Positions 35,887 to 45,023 of a stretch of DNA of 49,120 nt are shown here, piece by piece. The translations under genes and the position numbers were made by a program. How positions within the stretch are numbered: position 1 is the stretch's first letter; each line of letters opens with the position of its first letter. This stretch comes from a virus (Duplodnaviria; Caudoviricetes): IMG/VR virus record IMGVR_UViG_3300012940_000034, positions 1 to 49,120 of that record, one strand, 5' to 3'. Below the pieces are notes generated by a model. The model had not been told where the DNA came from. It saw only the letters and a list, made by a program, of their open reading frames with translations, and did no database searches.

Positions 35887-36208
35887 CTATAGTTCGACTG
35901 CAGAGTTGCGCGACGAAATCATCACTAAGATCAACGCGCACGAGACGCCTTATCACGAGAACGTTACTGCCCAGTATGACTCACAAGTAAGGCGAATCAA
36001 CGATACATTTACTTCCCAGGGACGCGGGCACACGTACCGCACGGCTATTTTTAGTGTCGCTTTGAATGATGAGACCTGTGATGTGCTTTACTTTGCAGTG
36101 GATTATGCTGTGGGCAGTGCTGTCGTTGATGATCTTGAGGGGGACGGAAGCGTGGCATACCCTGTGAAGCCTGAACAGAAACTTATCACTGTTTACGTGC
36201 GAGAGTAA
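35879..36208 (+). CDS. hypothetical protein
   Basis: GGAG RBS; C-terminal PVKPEQKLITVYV. Confidence 0.6.
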   Translation: MSDYSSTAELRDEIITKINAHETPYHENVTAQYDSQVRRINDTFTSQGRGHTYRTAIFSVALNDETCDVLYFAVDYAVGSAVVDDLEGDGSVAYPVKPEQKLITVYVRE

Positions 36209-36226
36209 CGCGAAAGGATAAGTGCT

Positions 36227-36751
36227 GTGTTCGACCATAGAGTGCCCTTTGACAGTTATTCAGCAACCTACATGACTTTGCGTAACACGAATATAGAAGA
36301 GACTGGTTATCAATTTGTGTCACAAACAGGTTACATGAAAGAAATTTTCGTTGACCCTGATGGATTGATCGAGAATGTGCGCTCGACATTGAGTCACGAG
36401 AATGTAGAGTATGATACATTTGTAGGTAGTGGGCTGAGCGCAGCACTTATCCTTCCTCGTCTTGCGACAGCACTCGATTGCGCTTGGGCTGTGGTGAGGA
36501 AGAAGAGTGAGGGAAGCCATAGTTGTAATGAGATTGAAGGCACAATTGGGGAGCGCTGGGTCTTCTTCGATGACTTGATCGAAACAGGGGAGACGTGGCA
36601 TAGGGTGCAGAAGGCTGTGTATGATAACCTTAGACATCAGCGTTTGCGGGCATCGTACGTAGGAGCCGTAACCTACAGCTGGGAAGTCACGTACTGGTCG
36701 GTAGGACGTGAGCCTGTTGACCCCGAATTTAAGTTCGAATATGATGAGTAG
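36227..36751 (+). CDS. type I phosphoribosyltransferase-like protein
   Basis: VGSGLSA, VVRK, WVFFDDLIETGET PRPP-binding loop. Confidence 0.8.
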   Translation: MFDHRVPFDSYSATYMTLRNTNIEETGYQFVSQTGYMKEIFVDPDGLIENVRSTLSHENVEYDTFVGSGLSAALILPRLATALDCAWAVVRKKSEGSHSCNEIEGTIGERWVFFDDLIETGETWHRVQKAVYDNLRHQRLRASYVGAVTYSWEVTYWSVGREPVDPEFKFEYDE

Positions 36752-36936
36752 CATGACTGGACATCACTTGCGCGTTTTCATGTTGATGGTTGCGGCGTAC
36801 GCTATGGGTGTGCTACGATCAAGACTTAAGTGCGATTGCCAGGCGCTACGCAGACGTATTGTAGTGAGCAATCGTGAGAAGGATGCGTGGCAAAGTGAAG
36901 CACGCAAGTATTTCATGTTATGGTGGGAAGGGCAAA

Positions 36937-37212
36937 ATGACAAAGTGGGATGTTAAGGTTCGGCGAACCGAAGTAATTCTTCTTAACGACGAAGTTATTT
37001 CTAGGGAAGATTTACGAAAGCTACGCGACGATATTAACGAAGTTTTGGCGGCGGAAGCTGTTCATCCCAGGACGATTTTTGACGCCTATGGGGATGAGTG
37101 GACGCGGGACGACAGCGGTGATACTGATGTAGCTATGTATGTGTGTGACGGCGAATATTGTTCTCGCGACGAGATTGAGCGCGTATACGGGATCGCTAAT
37201 GAGCGATACTAA
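36937..37212 (+). CDS. hypothetical protein
   Basis: GGAAGG RBS; DAYGDEW motif. Confidence 0.6.
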   Translation: MTKWDVKVRRTEVILLNDEVISREDLRKLRDDINEVLAAEAVHPRTIFDAYGDEWTRDDSGDTDVAMYVCDGEYCSRDEIERVYGIANERY

Positions 37213-37852
37213 GAGCATCTTACTTAGTGGCATTGTAGGATCGGATGCGTACGGCCTGAGCACACCTGACAGTGACATTGATAGGCTAGGAGTGTTCGCG
37301 TACCCTACTGAATCACTTCTCAAGCTTCGAATTCCTCGTGACACAGTTGTGTCTCATGATCCTGATGTAGCGTTGCACGAGGCACGCAAATTCCTACTAC
37401 TATGTTTAAAGTGCAACCCCACGGTCACTGAGCTTCTCTGGTTAGAGGACTATGAAGTTCTAACGGGTGCGGGTGTTGAATTAGTGAGAATGCGCGGGGC
37501 ATTTCTTTCACAGGCGTACGTGCGCAATTCTTACCTTGGATATGCTTCGTCGCAATTTAAGCGGTTGATGGAGAAAGGCGATTGGAAGCGAGGGACAAAA
37601 CACGCCAGACATATGTTGCGTTTGCTTTCGCAAGGTATGTACTTGTGGACCACGGGTGAGTTGAAGTTGCGCGTCGAAGACCCTCAATGGTACTTTGACA
37701 CTGCCGAAAGCATCTACGCTAACCCTACTCTCGCCAAACAATACCTTCATCGAGCCGAACAAGTCTTCGATGAGACGCGCCCTGTCATCCCCACCCAACC
37801 TGATGAACTGAGAGTGCAGGATTGGTTGTTGTGGGTGCGTAGAATGTACTAG
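37199..37852 (+). CDS. Pol-beta-superfamily nucleotidyltransferase (RlaP/YcgL-like)
   Basis: VGSDAYGLSTPDSDIDRLG (GS...DxD), KCNPTVTELLW, KHARHMLRLL. Confidence 0.85.
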   Translation: MSDTKSILLSGIVGSDAYGLSTPDSDIDRLGVFAYPTESLLKLRIPRDTVVSHDPDVALHEARKFLLLCLKCNPTVTELLWLEDYEVLTGAGVELVRMRGAFLSQAYVRNSYLGYASSQFKRLMEKGDWKRGTKHARHMLRLLSQGMYLWTTGELKLRVEDPQWYFDTAESIYANPTLAKQYLHRAEQVFDETRPVIPTQPDELRVQDWLLWVRRMY

Positions 37853-37897
37853 TGAGTAGTGTTATAATGATAATGAAATGATAAATGGAAAGATATA

Positions 37898-38125
37898 TTG
37901 ATGTTTGATGATGGGTCGCTTAGTGCAGTAGAGCTTCAGGCTCTATTAGGCACGGTGCTTACGGAAATTTTCTTCGAGTTTGGGCGCGATTCGTTTAGGT
38001 TGTCGCGGGCCGCTCGTGATAACTTCTTGGTAGCGCACAGCCTGGTTGGTTTGAGCGTTGACGTGGATATAGATGAGAATGAGGATCTTGTTTTGAGGTT
38101 TGTTCGGCTCGAAGAGGGTGTCTGA
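37898..38125 (+). CDS. hypothetical protein
   Basis: Downstream of TATAAT (37863) in an AT-rich spacer. Confidence 0.55.
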   Translation: MMFDDGSLSAVELQALLGTVLTEIFFEFGRDSFRLSRAARDNFLVAHSLVGLSVDVDIDENEDLVLRFVRLEEGV

Positions 38126-38224
38126 ATCTTAAGAGTGAGGTTTGGGAAAGTCTAGAAAAATTTTTGAAGGATTTTGGAGGGCCACGAACCGTGCGGCTCT
38201 CCTTTCCTCATTTAAGGAGAATTT

Positions 38225-38371
38225 ATGCCGTTCAGTAGTCATGAAGGCAAGCAATGGGCCATCGACCGCATCATCGAGATCAACCCCCTCACCGTACTGG
38301 ACGTAGGAGCCGGGGAAGGTATTTGGTCGATGCTCTTGCGTGCCGAATCATCTCTATCATTGGGGGTATGA
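38225..38371 (+). pseudogene. truncated SAM-dependent methyltransferase (48 aa)
   Basis: AAGGAG RBS; motif I TVLDVGAGEG then a premature stop. Confidence 0.65.
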
Positions 38372-38463
38372 GGAGATGCTCAATACCTTAAAAGATGATA
38401 AGGGCGAGGTGCTTTCTGACAAGAACAGCGTTATTGGTGTTTATTTATGGCAGAGAAAGCGCG

Positions 38464-38607
38464 ATGAGTAAAGAAGAAGCAACGCGTAAGGTCGAATTGC
38501 GTCGATCGAACGCGTCAGGGCCGCATGGCGATAAGCGTGAACGCAGACGTAGGACGCGAAAAGAGAAGGAACGAGCGGAGATAGAGAGGAGTAAGGGCGA
38601 GGAGTGA
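38464..38607 (+). CDS. small basic protein
   Basis: ELRRSNASGPH...RRRRTR; GTGA overlap with next gene. Confidence 0.6.
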   Translation: MSKEEATRKVELRRSNASGPHGDKRERRRRTRKEKERAEIERSKGEE

Positions 38608-38843
38608 ATATCGAGGCGACATGCAGAGGCTGTTCGAAGACATGGAATGGGGCGTCTAAGCGCTGTCACTGCTCACAGTGCCATAACACTTTTGAAGAAA
38701 TAGAGGCGTTTGACTTGCATATCTATCACAAGCGTGGTAGGGGCGGGAGGACTGCATGTAAACGACCCGAAGACATTGGGTTGACATGGGTGGATGGCAC
38801 GTGGTACTTTGTCGGTGAGTATGAAGGAGAGCATGAAGAGTGA
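38604..38843 (+). CDS. zinc-binding protein (FDxH-type)
   Basis: CRGC...CHCSQCHNTF...FDLH...C. Confidence 0.7.
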   Translation: MNIEATCRGCSKTWNGASKRCHCSQCHNTFEEIEAFDLHIYHKRGRGGRTACKRPEDIGLTWVDGTWYFVGEYEGEHEE

Positions 38844-39010
38844 GTAACGAGCGTCACGAAGTTATTGCGCGTCAGATGTTGTATTGTTTGAATGTTATGA
38901 TGCGCGATAGGATGTTTGGCGGCGTGAAGAACGAGAATGAGGTTGCGAGGCGCAGGGCGAAAAATAAGGTCGCTCGCAAGCAGCGTCGCATTAATAGGAG
39001 GAAACGATGA
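38840..39010 (+). CDS. 56-aa basic protein
   Basis: RRRAKNKVARKQRRINRRK; 4-nt overlaps on both sides. Confidence 0.55.
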   Translation: MSNERHEVIARQMLYCLNVMMRDRMFGGVKNENEVARRRAKNKVARKQRRINRRKR

Positions 39011-39201
39011 GTAAGTGGGTAGCTTGGGTGTTGATGACAGTGCTCGGGGTGATTGTGAGTGGGGCGATTGCAGGATTGGCATTGATTGCTGGTAGTGGGG
39101 GAGGGCTGGCGCTAGGGCTTTGGGCGTTCGGTAGTCTTGTGTCCTGTGCTACGCAGGGCGTGGTGATTGGGTTTGCCCCGGCAGTAGACAAGGAGAAGTG
39201 A
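39007..39201 (+). CDS. small membrane protein
   Basis: Two hydrophobic segments; GGAGG RBS. Confidence 0.6.
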   Translation: MSKWVAWVLMTVLGVIVSGAIAGLALIAGSGGGLALGLWAFGSLVSCATQGVVIGFAPAVDKEK

Positions 39202-39914
39202 TGCAGGTCACATGCATTGCTAAAACAGAAATCCCCCTCCGCTCAGTCAATTACTTGATCGAGGATGCTCTTGAATCTGAGTTTTCGTTTGAGCGTTACG
39301 CTGACGAGGAAGACACAGAGCGCCTGATTGAGTTTGCAGGTCGTGCGTGCTACCAGTCATTTAATAGGCCTAACGAAGCAACCGCCGACCCTAAGGACTA
39401 TATCGCGAATATCCTTGCGAAAGGACATTTCAGTGTTCTTGAGCACGCAAGCGCATCATTCTATGTCACAGGAGTGTCTCGAAACCTACTACTTGAACTT
39501 GAGCGTCATCGTCATCTGAGTTTCAGTGTCCTTTCCCAGCGCTTCGTCAACAGCGAAAACGCTACACTCATCATTCCTCCTGCCCTTCGCAACATCGATG
39601 AGGACATGCTGCCTAAGCTGTGGGCTGAAGCATATGCAGCGGCACAGGACGCGTACGCGCACACCGTTGCGAGTTTAGGTGATTTAGCGCGTAAAGAGCG
39701 ACGCGAGGCAGCACGCGCCATCCTCCCAGGCGGAGTTGAAACGAAGTTTGTTGTTACAGGGAATATGCGCGCGTGGAGGGATGTTTTGCAGAAACGTTTT
39801 AGCGTTCATGCCGACGCTGAGATTTGCGAACTTGCAGGGATGATTCTCGATGAGCTACTTGTTATTTGTCCCGCAGCGTTCTCTGATTTTCCTGAGGAAC
39901 CCTTCGATGATTAG
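39198..39914 (+). CDS. thyX: flavin-dependent thymidylate synthase
   Basis: GHFSVLEH, ELERHRHLSFSVLSQR, AREAARAILP-like motif, GNMRAW. Confidence 0.95.
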   Translation: MMQVTCIAKTEIPLRSVNYLIEDALESEFSFERYADEEDTERLIEFAGRACYQSFNRPNEATADPKDYIANILAKGHFSVLEHASASFYVTGVSRNLLLELERHRHLSFSVLSQRFVNSENATLIIPPALRNIDEDMLPKLWAEAYAAAQDAYAHTVASLGDLARKERREAARAILPGGVETKFVVTGNMRAWRDVLQKRFSVHADAEICELAGMILDELLVICPAAFSDFPEEPFDD

Positions 39915-39922
39915 GAGATGTG

Positions 39923-40099
39923 ATGCTTTCAGAGCGTGATGTTTTCACTGTCAGTGATAAGGTGTTCGTGAGAAAGGTACGAACCCTAGAAGGTTATAAG
40001 TGGGAAGTGGTGGATGACCTGCTAGTTTTCGAACCTCTAGCGACGCACGATGAGCTTGAAGAAGCATACGAGGACGCTAAGTTTTTCGCTCAAGAGTGA
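39923..40099 (+). CDS. 58-aa hypothetical protein
   Basis: AGGAG RBS, open frame to TGA40099. Confidence 0.55.
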   Translation: MLSERDVFTVSDKVFVRKVRTLEGYKWEVVDDLLVFEPLATHDELEEAYEDAKFFAQE

Positions 40100-40135
40100 G
40101 GGAGTGAGGGAGCGTTCGCTGTTTAGTTTCTACAT

Positions 40136-40546
40136 ATGCAGAATGAAGCGTATGTAGAAGTCTTTGTGGCGGGCACTCCCGTCCCGCAGGGGAGTCTACG
40201 CGCTTCACGCCACGGCCATCTGTACTATAGCAATGCTAAGACTTTAGGGCCTTGGCGCAATGCAATAACTGAGGCCGTGAGTGAAGCGCTCCCTCCTGAT
40301 CATGAACCTATTGACGTAGGTGTGTTCGTTGAAATGACCTTTTGGTTTCCTAGACCTAAAACAGTGACGCGTGAACAGAAACTCACGGCACCTGACACCG
40401 ATAAGCTGGCCCGTGCCATTCACGACGCCCTCACCAACGCACACCTTTACACAGACGATAGTCGCGTGGTAGGCTTTACGGCAAGGAAGTATTACGCGAA
40501 CGAAGAGCGTCCTGCGGGGTGTTTGATTCGCGCTTGGGTTGACTGA
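40136..40546 (+). CDS. rusA: RusA-like Holliday junction resolvase
   Basis: GTPVPQGS, PDTDKLARAIHDAL, DDSRVV. Confidence 0.88.
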   Translation: MQNEAYVEVFVAGTPVPQGSLRASRHGHLYYSNAKTLGPWRNAITEAVSEALPPDHEPIDVGVFVEMTFWFPRPKTVTREQKLTAPDTDKLARAIHDALTNAHLYTDDSRVVGFTARKYYANEERPAGCLIRAWVD

Positions 40547-40554
40547 GGTGAGAA

Positions 40555-40734
40555 ATGTCGTTGGCACGAAGACAAAAGACCTGCGCAGCGTGCGGCAAAC
40601 CATTGGAGTTTGACAGACCGTGCGCATCTCAAATGATCATTGATGGCATTGTGCGATACGTTGCCGTGCATGATCATTGCAGTGTATTTTGCATGATGAA
40701 AGAAGGTAAGTCTCATGATCGACCCAAGTCGTGA
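40555..40734 (+). CDS. 59-aa zinc-binding hypothetical protein
   Basis: GAGGTG RBS; CAACG...HDHC. Confidence 0.5.
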   Translation: MSLARRQKTCAACGKPLEFDRPCASQMIIDGIVRYVAVHDHCSVFCMMKEGKSHDRPKS

Positions 40735-41317
40735 AGTTGAGGATGTCGCGATCGCACTGACAAAGGTGCTAGGTGATGATTGGGAGTCGCTAAGCCCTGA
40801 GCGAAGGGCTCGCATGCGCGCCACAGCATTCTACGTCTTCGAAAACACGCTAGAGGCACGTAAGCGCACGATGGAGCAGTGCGTGTCGATGATCGAAGAT
40901 TTGATGAACGCGCCCAGCACCCCTAAGCGCTGGTTGCCTGGCATTAAAGAGGCAATGAACACGGTTCGTGTTCGCGCAATGTTCGAATCTGAAGAACTTG
41001 TCATTGGAGCTAGCGTTCCCGAACACCTTCCTTCAAATTTCGAAGCTGACGACCCCTACGAACACCTAACCCCTGGCGATTTCGACCCCAACCCAGTCCT
41101 GCCGGTGGAGGAGCGCTGCGGTGCGCGTCACGATGGGGGTTGGGAGTGCACACGTGCCGTACACCCGCCTCACTGGAGGCACTGGGATAGTGATCGTGAG
41201 GTTGTGAGTGCCCTAAGCGGCCAGATTCACACGATGTGGTATACTGAGGACGACGAACTTGCTCTTTCCCCCGCGTACGTTGCCTGGGTTGAAGAGCATG
41301 AAGAAGACGAATTTTAA
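40715..41317 (+). CDS. hypothetical protein with C-terminal Cys/His motif
   Basis: CGARHDGGWECTRAVHPPHWRH. Confidence 0.65.
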   Translation: MIDPSREVEDVAIALTKVLGDDWESLSPERRARMRATAFYVFENTLEARKRTMEQCVSMIEDLMNAPSTPKRWLPGIKEAMNTVRVRAMFESEELVIGASVPEHLPSNFEADDPYEHLTPGDFDPNPVLPVEERCGARHDGGWECTRAVHPPHWRHWDSDREVVSALSGQIHTMWYTEDDELALSPAYVAWVEEHEEDEF

Positions 41318-41335
41318 ACTGTAGCTTTACGCTGC

Positions 41336-41379
41336 AATTTCCCCACTCATACAGTGAGAGTTTGAGTGGGGAATTTTTT
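41336..41379 (+). terminator. intrinsic terminator
   Basis: TTCCCCACTCA...TGAGTGGGGAA followed by T-run. Confidence 0.7.
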
Positions 41380-41404
41380 ATCGACTAGTGAATGAAAGGT
41401 AGAC

Positions 41405-43414
41405 ATGGCAGAGGTTAAGTGGGGCCCTAGTGGGCGCGAGGTGTATGATCGCACGTACTCGCGAATGAAGGCGAATGGGGAGCGTGAGACGTGGGAGGAG
41501 ACTGTTAGGCGTGTTGTTGATGGAAACTTGGCATTGGTCGATGAGAAGTATACACTTTCCGATGAGCGTGCGCTTCTGATCGATTACATGACCAATTTCA
41601 AGATCATCCCGGCAGGACGCCAGCTGTGGGCTAGCGGGGTTGAAGGGCGTCAGTTTCTGTTCAACTGTCATCTGTCAGGCTGGGGTGAGCGATTGAGCGA
41701 TCACTCTACGTTCACTTTTATGCGCCTGATGGAAGGTGGGGGTGTTGGGGCGAATTACTCGAACAAGTACCTTGAGAAATTCGATAACATCACGACGAAG
41801 CTGAATGTGCAGTTCACTTGCTCAGAGACACATATTGATTACGCAGAGCTACAGCCTCATCTCACCTCATCGAACGACGAGGAGTATGATGCGTTTGTGT
41901 GGGTGGAGGACTCGCGTGAGGGCTGGGCAGATGCGCTCGCTAATATCATTGAATTGTCGCAGTGTAATGCACTTTCTGAGGTGACTGTGCGTGTAGACGT
42001 GAGTTATGTGCGTCCAAAGGGAAGTGCATTGAAGACGTTCGGTGGGCATGCCAGTGGCCCACTACCTCTCGTGCTCATGCTCAAGGAAGTCAGTGACGTG
42101 CTTAATTCGCGTGTCAATAACACGCTTGATGGGTTGAGTGCTATGCTCATTGATCATTACATTGCGCAGTGTGTGGTGAGTGGTGGGAATAGGCGCTCGG
42201 CACGCATGAGTATGATGCATTGGCAGGACCCTCAAATTTTCGATTTTATGGAGATTAAGCACGAGGGAGAGCATTGGACGACGAACATTAGCGTTGAGAT
42301 TGATGATGCATTTTGGCGAGCGCTTGAGGCGAATGACACTCATGCAGAAAATGTGATGCATAAGATTGCCGAGGGTATGCTTCATAATGGGGAGCCTGGG
42401 TTCTGGAATAGCTCACTGTCAAATGTCGGGGAGCCTAATACAGTCATTGGTACAAACCCTTGCGGTGAGATCGCGCTCGAAGAGTGGGAGAATTGCAATT
42501 TGGGGCATGTTAATTTGGCGGCATTCGTTGATGAGAATGGTGTGATTGATTATGAGGAATTGGCGATTGCTCATTCGCTCATGACGCGCTTCCTCATGAG
42601 GGCGACGTTCGGCGACGTGAGGGACGCAAAGCAGCGTGAAGTGCTGAATCGTAATCGCCGTATCGGGGTTGGGCACTTGGGGTTTGCGTCCATGGTGGCT
42701 ATGACTGGTAGGAAGTATAGTGATGTAGCGCGCGATCAGGATATTGTGTTCATGCTTCGTGATATGAGCGCTATTGTTGATTTTGAGGCAAACGACTTCG
42801 CTTTTCAATTGCGAATCCCAGTGCCAGTGAAGACGCGCACTGTCGCTCCCACAGGCAGTATCGCTAAGCTCCCAGGCGTCAGTGAAGGCATTCACCCTAT
42901 TTTCGCCCCTTACTTCATTCGCCGTATTCGCTTTAGCACGATCATTCCTGAGCAGCGCGACCGTGTGATTGAACTGATGAATCAGGGATATAAGGTTGAA
43001 GAGGACGCGCAAGCACCGAACACCATGGTGGTTGAGTTCCCGATGAAGGATTTGTTGGTTGAGGAAGTTGAAAAGCGCTGGGGAGAGGACGCGGTGAAGC
43101 TTGTGCAGGGCGCCAGTGACCTGACGCTTGAGCAAATGCTGCGTGTGCAGGCGGTCTATCAGCAGCACTGGGCTGACAACGCTGTGAGCTTCACGGCAAA
43201 CGTAGACCCCGCCAACTACTCAGTCAGTGATATCGTTGAGGTGCTGAAGCGCGTTGGCCCTGAGCTGAAGGGCGCGACTGTGTTCCCTGAGAAGAGCTTC
43301 GTGCAGCCGCCGTACTCGCGTTTGACAGAAGATGAGTTCAAGCGCTATACTACCTCTGATGTAGGCGATGGAATTGACGAGAACTGTGCTACGGGAGCGT
43401 GCCCAGTTCGCTAA
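41405..43414 (+). CDS. nrdJ: class II (adenosylcobalamin) ribonucleotide reductase
   Basis: PAGR, FNC, TNPCGEI, VAPTGS, C-terminal CATGACPVR; no NrdB gene present. Confidence 0.92.
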   Translation: MAEVKWGPSGREVYDRTYSRMKANGERETWEETVRRVVDGNLALVDEKYTLSDERALLIDYMTNFKIIPAGRQLWASGVEGRQFLFNCHLSGWGERLSDHSTFTFMRLMEGGGVGANYSNKYLEKFDNITTKLNVQFTCSETHIDYAELQPHLTSSNDEEYDAFVWVEDSREGWADALANIIELSQCNALSEVTVRVDVSYVRPKGSALKTFGGHASGPLPLVLMLKEVSDVLNSRVNNTLDGLSAMLIDHYIAQCVVSGGNRRSARMSMMHWQDPQIFDFMEIKHEGEHWTTNISVEIDDAFWRALEANDTHAENVMHKIAEGMLHNGEPGFWNSSLSNVGEPNTVIGTNPCGEIALEEWENCNLGHVNLAAFVDENGVIDYEELAIAHSLMTRFLMRATFGDVRDAKQREVLNRNRRIGVGHLGFASMVAMTGRKYSDVARDQDIVFMLRDMSAIVDFEANDFAFQLRIPVPVKTRTVAPTGSIAKLPGVSEGIHPIFAPYFIRRIRFSTIIPEQRDRVIELMNQGYKVEEDAQAPNTMVVEFPMKDLLVEEVEKRWGEDAVKLVQGASDLTLEQMLRVQAVYQQHWADNAVSFTANVDPANYSVSDIVEVLKRVGPELKGATVFPEKSFVQPPYSRLTEDEFKRYTTSDVGDGIDENCATGACPVR

Positions 43415-43508
43415 CAGGAAAGGGCGAGGAGAGCGACGAGTGATGAACGAATCTCGCTAGAGATTTTTATGCCGCAGTAGTCGAAGCTTTAACCTAACAT
43501 TCAAACTG

Positions 43509-43552
43509 TAATAAGCCCTTCACTGTGCGTAGTGAGGGGCTTATTGCTTTTT
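43509..43552 (+). terminator. terminator after RNR
   Basis: AATAAGCCCTTCACT...AGTGAGGGGCTTATT followed by T-run. Confidence 0.75.
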
Positions 43553-43588
43553 CAACATAAACCTGTTATAATTCGAACATGAGTACGA
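43544..43588 (+). promoter_or_regulatory. leaderless promoter with overlapping LexA-box-like site
   Basis: TTGCTT-17-TATAAT, ATG 6 nt later; TCGAAC-ATGA-GTACGA at 43573-43588. Confidence 0.65.
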
Positions 43589-44226
43589 TTCTGCAAAGCA
43601 AGTACGGGGAGTTGATGCCGTACATTGAGCGCATGTGCCGACGCTGGCAGCTAGATAGTGTGTCGACAGAGGACGTGCAGCAAGAAGTCATGGTGAAGTT
43701 ATTGGAAGAGAATGAGGTGAAGGAATTCACGAACGCGCGTGAGCTGTGGGGTAGGGCGACTATTCACGCACGTGAGAGCATTGCTGCGTGCTTTGCTGCA
43801 TCCCTGCCCGTCAGCGGGATCTCTCACCAGGTGCATAACGCGGCACGCCGACACCTCGAAGCCAACAACAACGACCCTCAAACGGCCTACAAGAATCAAA
43901 TCCCGACCCTAGCCAAGGTCAGCCGCAACGTGCTCGACATTGTCGCTGGCGGTTCGGGGTTGCGTGAGCCCGCCGTCCTCGCGCGCGAAGACCATGAACC
44001 TAGCGAGCCCTATTATGGCCTGACGGAGCAAGAGGAAGCCTCCATCATGGCTGCTGTGAACTCTCTTCCTGAAATCGAAAGGAATGTTGTGAGGGCGTAC
44101 GTGTGGGGGGATGGGGAGAGGTTGACGCTGCGCCAAGTAGCGCATAAATTAGGGTATAGTGTTAGTGCTACGCGAAGCGCATGGAATAGGGCGCGAAGAC
44201 GATTGAGCATTGAACTGCGTGCCTGA
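43579..44226 (+). CDS. RNA polymerase sigma-factor-like protein
   Basis: EDVQQE region-2-like; LPEIERNVV...TLRQVAHKLGYS...ARRRL region-4 HTH. Confidence 0.78.
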   Translation: MSTILQSKYGELMPYIERMCRRWQLDSVSTEDVQQEVMVKLLEENEVKEFTNARELWGRATIHARESIAACFAASLPVSGISHQVHNAARRHLEANNNDPQTAYKNQIPTLAKVSRNVLDIVAGGSGLREPAVLAREDHEPSEPYYGLTEQEEASIMAAVNSLPEIERNVVRAYVWGDGERLTLRQVAHKLGYSVSATRSAWNRARRRLSIELRA

Positions 44227-44350
44227 AAGCATTCGTTTAGTATGTGAGTAGTGAGAAGTTGAGACGCGCACATACAATCGATAGAAGCGCATGATTCCTT
44301 CTCCTGGTGAGTTGCTAGGGTTGAGCTGTGCTCCTTTTAGCAACAAATAT

Positions 44351-44397
44351 AAATACCCCCTGACAGGTCATCCTTCCGCCTGTCAGGGGGTATTTTT
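44351..44397. terminator. bidirectional terminator at convergence
   Basis: AAATACCCCCTGACAGG...CCTGTCAGGGGGTATTT. Confidence 0.85.
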
Positions 44398-44549
44398 CAT
44401 TTCTCAAACGTGCACTTACCCTTATGCCCTGCGCTCTTCCCACATCCCTTTGTCTTCTTACAAAACCCCTTACCGGTGCGCTCCCCACCTTCAGCAACGC
44501 GCCCGAAGCGCCCTACTTTCTTTCCACCTAACCCATTGGTGCTCTTCAT
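44397..44549 (-). CDS. 50-aa basic Gly/Lys-rich zinc-finger microprotein
   Basis: C-x5-C-x5-H-x3-C. Confidence 0.55.
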   Translation of the reverse strand: MKSTNGLGGKKVGRFGRVAEGGERTGKGFCKKTKGCGKSAGHKGKCTFEK

Positions 44550-44556
44550 CCACGAA

Positions 44557-44733
44557 TTATACATGTCGATTTCCTGTGCCTTGGCAGAATGGGCAGTCAG
44601 TGACTCGTGCCTTTTCAGGCTTCCCAGACGGGTGAGGCACCTTATATCTCCCAGTCCCACCGCACGTCTTACAGCTTCCCTTTGGCTCGTCCACAGGCTT
44701 CCCAGGGAGCTTTTTCTTCGGAGGTTTGGGCAT
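44557..44733 (-). CDS. 58-aa DnaJ-type zinc-finger microprotein
   Basis: GAAAGGA RBS; CKTCGGTG and CPFCQGTG; below the ORF-track cutoff. Confidence 0.7.
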   Translation of the reverse strand: MPKPPKKKLPGKPVDEPKGSCKTCGGTGRYKVPHPSGKPEKARVTDCPFCQGTGNRHV

Positions 44734-44782
44734 TAGTCTATCCTTTCAACGTCACATATCGAATGCAACCAGTGACCCTGTG

Positions 44783-44953
44783 TTAGGTCTTACGTCTAAC
44801 GTACCCTCTACATTGCTTATTATGCTTACTAGGCTTTTCCTTAAAGTCTTCCATGCAGGCGCAACACGTGACGCGCGCTTTTCCCTCCCCCTGCGCCGCT
44901 GCATGCGCCGAAGTGTGACGCTCTTCCTTTTCCTTTTCCTTTTCATCGCTCAT
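44783..44953 (-). CDS. 56-aa leaderless microprotein
   Basis: ATG 6 nt after TTGACA-17-TAGGGT; CCAC...H...C. Confidence 0.55.
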   Translation of the reverse strand: MSDEKEKEKEERHTSAHAAAQGEGKARVTCCACMEDFKEKPSKHNKQCRGYVRRKT

Positions 44954-44959
44954 ACCTTA

Positions 44960-44988
44960 ACCCTACCCTACCCCCTCGCCCCTGTCAA
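44960..44988 (-). promoter_or_regulatory. leftward promoter
   Basis: TTGACA-17-TAGGGT. Confidence 0.65.
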
Positions 44989-45023
44989 TGCCACACTATC
45001 GTTACCTAAATGTGACCTAATGG

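Noticed and set aside
42419-43168. Long antisense ORFs (also 121..621, 2506..3111, 45300..45784, 47969..48583)
   Set aside because: Shadows of well-supported genes on the opposite strand, with no recognisable motifs
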